DNA from: Rhizodiscina lignyota
Lineage: Eukaryota
Direction: 5' to 3'
Length of the DNA stretch: 64,000 nt
NCBI GenBank assembly: GCA_010015805.1
Contig: ML978128.1
Coordinates: 1,302,001 to 1,366,000 of the forward strand
A program made the position numbers and the translations under genes. Shown in pieces: positions 61,822 to 64,000 of this stretch (position 1 is its first letter; each line of letters begins with the position of its first letter). The notes below the pieces were generated by a model, which saw only the letters and a program-made list of their open reading frames with translations, ran no database searches and had not been told where the DNA came from.

Positions 61822-64000
61822 ATGCCAGGTATGTCTTGTTTTCGTCAGCATATGCCAAAGCGGACGCGAAAAGCATCTCGCGGACGCCTTTCAATGTTAC
61901 TGTGAACTATATGGTGCAATTCAGTCTATTTAGGCTCAAGGCATCCTGATCCAGAGCTTCGATACCTACATCAGGTATCATGGACCGTCAGATCTGCAGA
62001 CATTGCAGTCTGGTCCTTATAATTACATACATTCCACCTTATTAGTCTTGGAAGTTATCGGAGAGTTTGAGTAAATGCTAAGTAGAGAAACAGGCCCCGT
62101 TTCAGTCTGTTATTTAAAGGCGCCAACACAAGATCGCGGGGCACCCCTAAACTGCGCTCGTCGCCTGGCCTGCGAAAGAAAAAGATACCGCATCTAATAT
62201 CTCCGCTCGAGGCGACCGATGCGCCGGAAGAAGTGGGTGATGAGGTTGACGTTGACACTGATGTCAAGTTTACCGTGCCCGGTTATCGGTATAGAACTCA
62301 CGACCCTAGTACGGGCATCTCACTCTATGGCACTGGTGAGGGGACATACCCCGTTTCGGCGTTCCTATCCATGGGCATTCCTGTGTACTACCTGACAACG
62401 AACTTCATACTTGATACTCATCAGCAGATTAGACACGAAGTTCGTGTGCTTGATGCATTCATTAAGGATTTTTGGCGCAAATATCCTGAGCAAGAAACTC
62501 ATGCTGTCATTGTCAGGTTCGTCAAAGATGAGCGTTCTCGTATCGCATATCTGTAACACCATTTAGGACACCTCACCATAAAGGTCGCCGCCCAAGTCAG
62601 GGAGCCCATATTACAGCCAAAATTTATAGCCGCGACTCCTGGTTGGGAAGGCCAGGAGCCGCCGTGACAGTACATGTTTATTCGGTCGATGAAAATCCTC
62701 GGAAAGGTTATTCAGGGTTCCGCATAATCTACAGATCCGCGAGGACTGGTCTCCTGGCCCTTAGCGAAATGGAGAATCGTCTCCATCTCGCTGCGGCAAA
62801 TTGTCTCTTCCATTTTATGGACGTTACAACCTTGGCTCCTGCGTCTGAGCTCGCACGGAAAAGGGCGATCGACAGCTTGCCACCGTTCGGCGCGAACTTC
62901 GTAATGAGCGAAGATAACGTTGCTTCACTAGTTCTGGCTTCAATAACTGCCAATACTGATATTGACCCATTGTTGAAACCCTGGTTGTACCGTCTAAACC
63001 CACACTTACGGAGAAGTCTTGAAGATTTCGAGGCTTTTGTCAAAAACCGACGGAAATCGGTGAAACTTGAGCAGAGTTCTCTTGGTGTGCAGGCGATCGA
63101 CAAGGATGTGCAAAGTTTCCAGATACTCAGAATGGACTTCGACAGACACAAATATGAGAACGGGCTTGCGAAGAGGACGCTGTACGACCGGATAACCAAG
63201 GTTGAACAACACGTCACAGACAATTCCAATCCGTTCGCAGAGGGTGCACTATGGAGACAGGTGCAGAAGCTTCAACAGCGTCTCACATCACACATTTCTA
63301 GCAGTACATCATGGAGACAGGAAGGCGTAGCGGAAGCCAAGAAACTGCAAAAGCTCAAAACCGACTTTGAAGAGCAGAAGAAAGACTTCAATTCATCGCG
63401 AATAGAACTTTGGGACAAGATTAGTGCGATCGGAAGCCACGCCACGGATAACTCTCTTGAATTGTCGCAGACATCATTATCGGATCGAGTCGACAAGCTT
63501 GAGAAGCGGTTTGAAGCATTGGCTAGAGATAACACTGCAAGTTCCAGGCACGTGTTAAACGGAGCCAATGTTCCCATGATCCACACTGGCATCTTAGAGC
63601 GCTTGTTTGCTCTGGAAGACGAGATGAGGAAGCTGAAGAATGCGAACGAAATGCCTTCCTTGGACGATCATCCTCCGATTTCGCCGCCTCCAGAGCATGT
63701 CCAGCAGCCACAGACTATAGAACAAGAGAAGGATTCGTCCGAACTTGCCACGGCCTTCCAGACTTTGTCGGATGCAGTTTTATCTCGATTTGAGCCGAGT
63801 GACATATCAAATAGCCAGGATAATGAGAGCAGCTCTCAGGCTGGAGATGGAACATTGGATGATGAAACAGCAACGTCTCCAGCTCACTCGGCACCAGCAC
63901 AATCAGACTCCGGCCTCGATGCTCTCATATCTGCCTCTGAGAACCAGCGAAAGCGCAGACGCTCTCGTTCCTCATCGCCGTTCAGGTTGGATTACTCAAG
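61822..64000 (+). CDS. Hypothetical multi-exon protein with coiled-coil region (runs off the right edge)
   Basis: Phase-compatible GT-AG introns 61829-61933, 61975-62085 and 62517-62566. The final exon is open from 62567 to the window end (more than 470 codons). No family recognised. Confidence 0.6.

Overview
Gene-dense, intron-containing eukaryotic DNA from a filamentous ascomycete (Pezizomycotina; probably Dothideomycetes, which is inferred). Introns are short, with GT(A/G)xGT donors, CTRAC branch points and YAG acceptors. About 26 protein-coding loci can be reconstructed. The left two-thirds are mostly housekeeping genes: RRP36, CSE1, TSC2, a TPT-family transporter, an S9-like hydrolase, a PUF protein, VPS55, PRE5, VPS68, a TRAPPC12-like gene, ERG13, SCD6, a PEX39-like gene, MAU2/SCC4, an EHT1-like hydrolase and LOC1. 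An accessory-looking block starts at about 47 kb. The most notable observations are: (1) a zinc deaminase whose HxE and PCxxC motifs lie in different reading frames with about 395 nt of dual-open overlap, a candidate for recoding; (2) a spliced fusion of a biuret/triuret-hydrolase-like cysteine hydrolase to an allophanate-hydrolase amidase; (3) two identical inverted tRNA-Tyr genes, one inside the LOC1 intron; (4) a Ty3/gypsy RT fragment bounded by hairpin repeats; (5) an snR52-like C/D snoRNA in an SCD6 intron; (6) an intron-hidden 10-Cys hydrophobin-like protein; (7) a frameshifted zinc-finger gene with a (GAA)32 repeat; (8) a 5-nt micro-exon, a GC-AG intron and a spliced uORF before TSC2. 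All family assignments come from recognising motifs by eye; no database searches were run.
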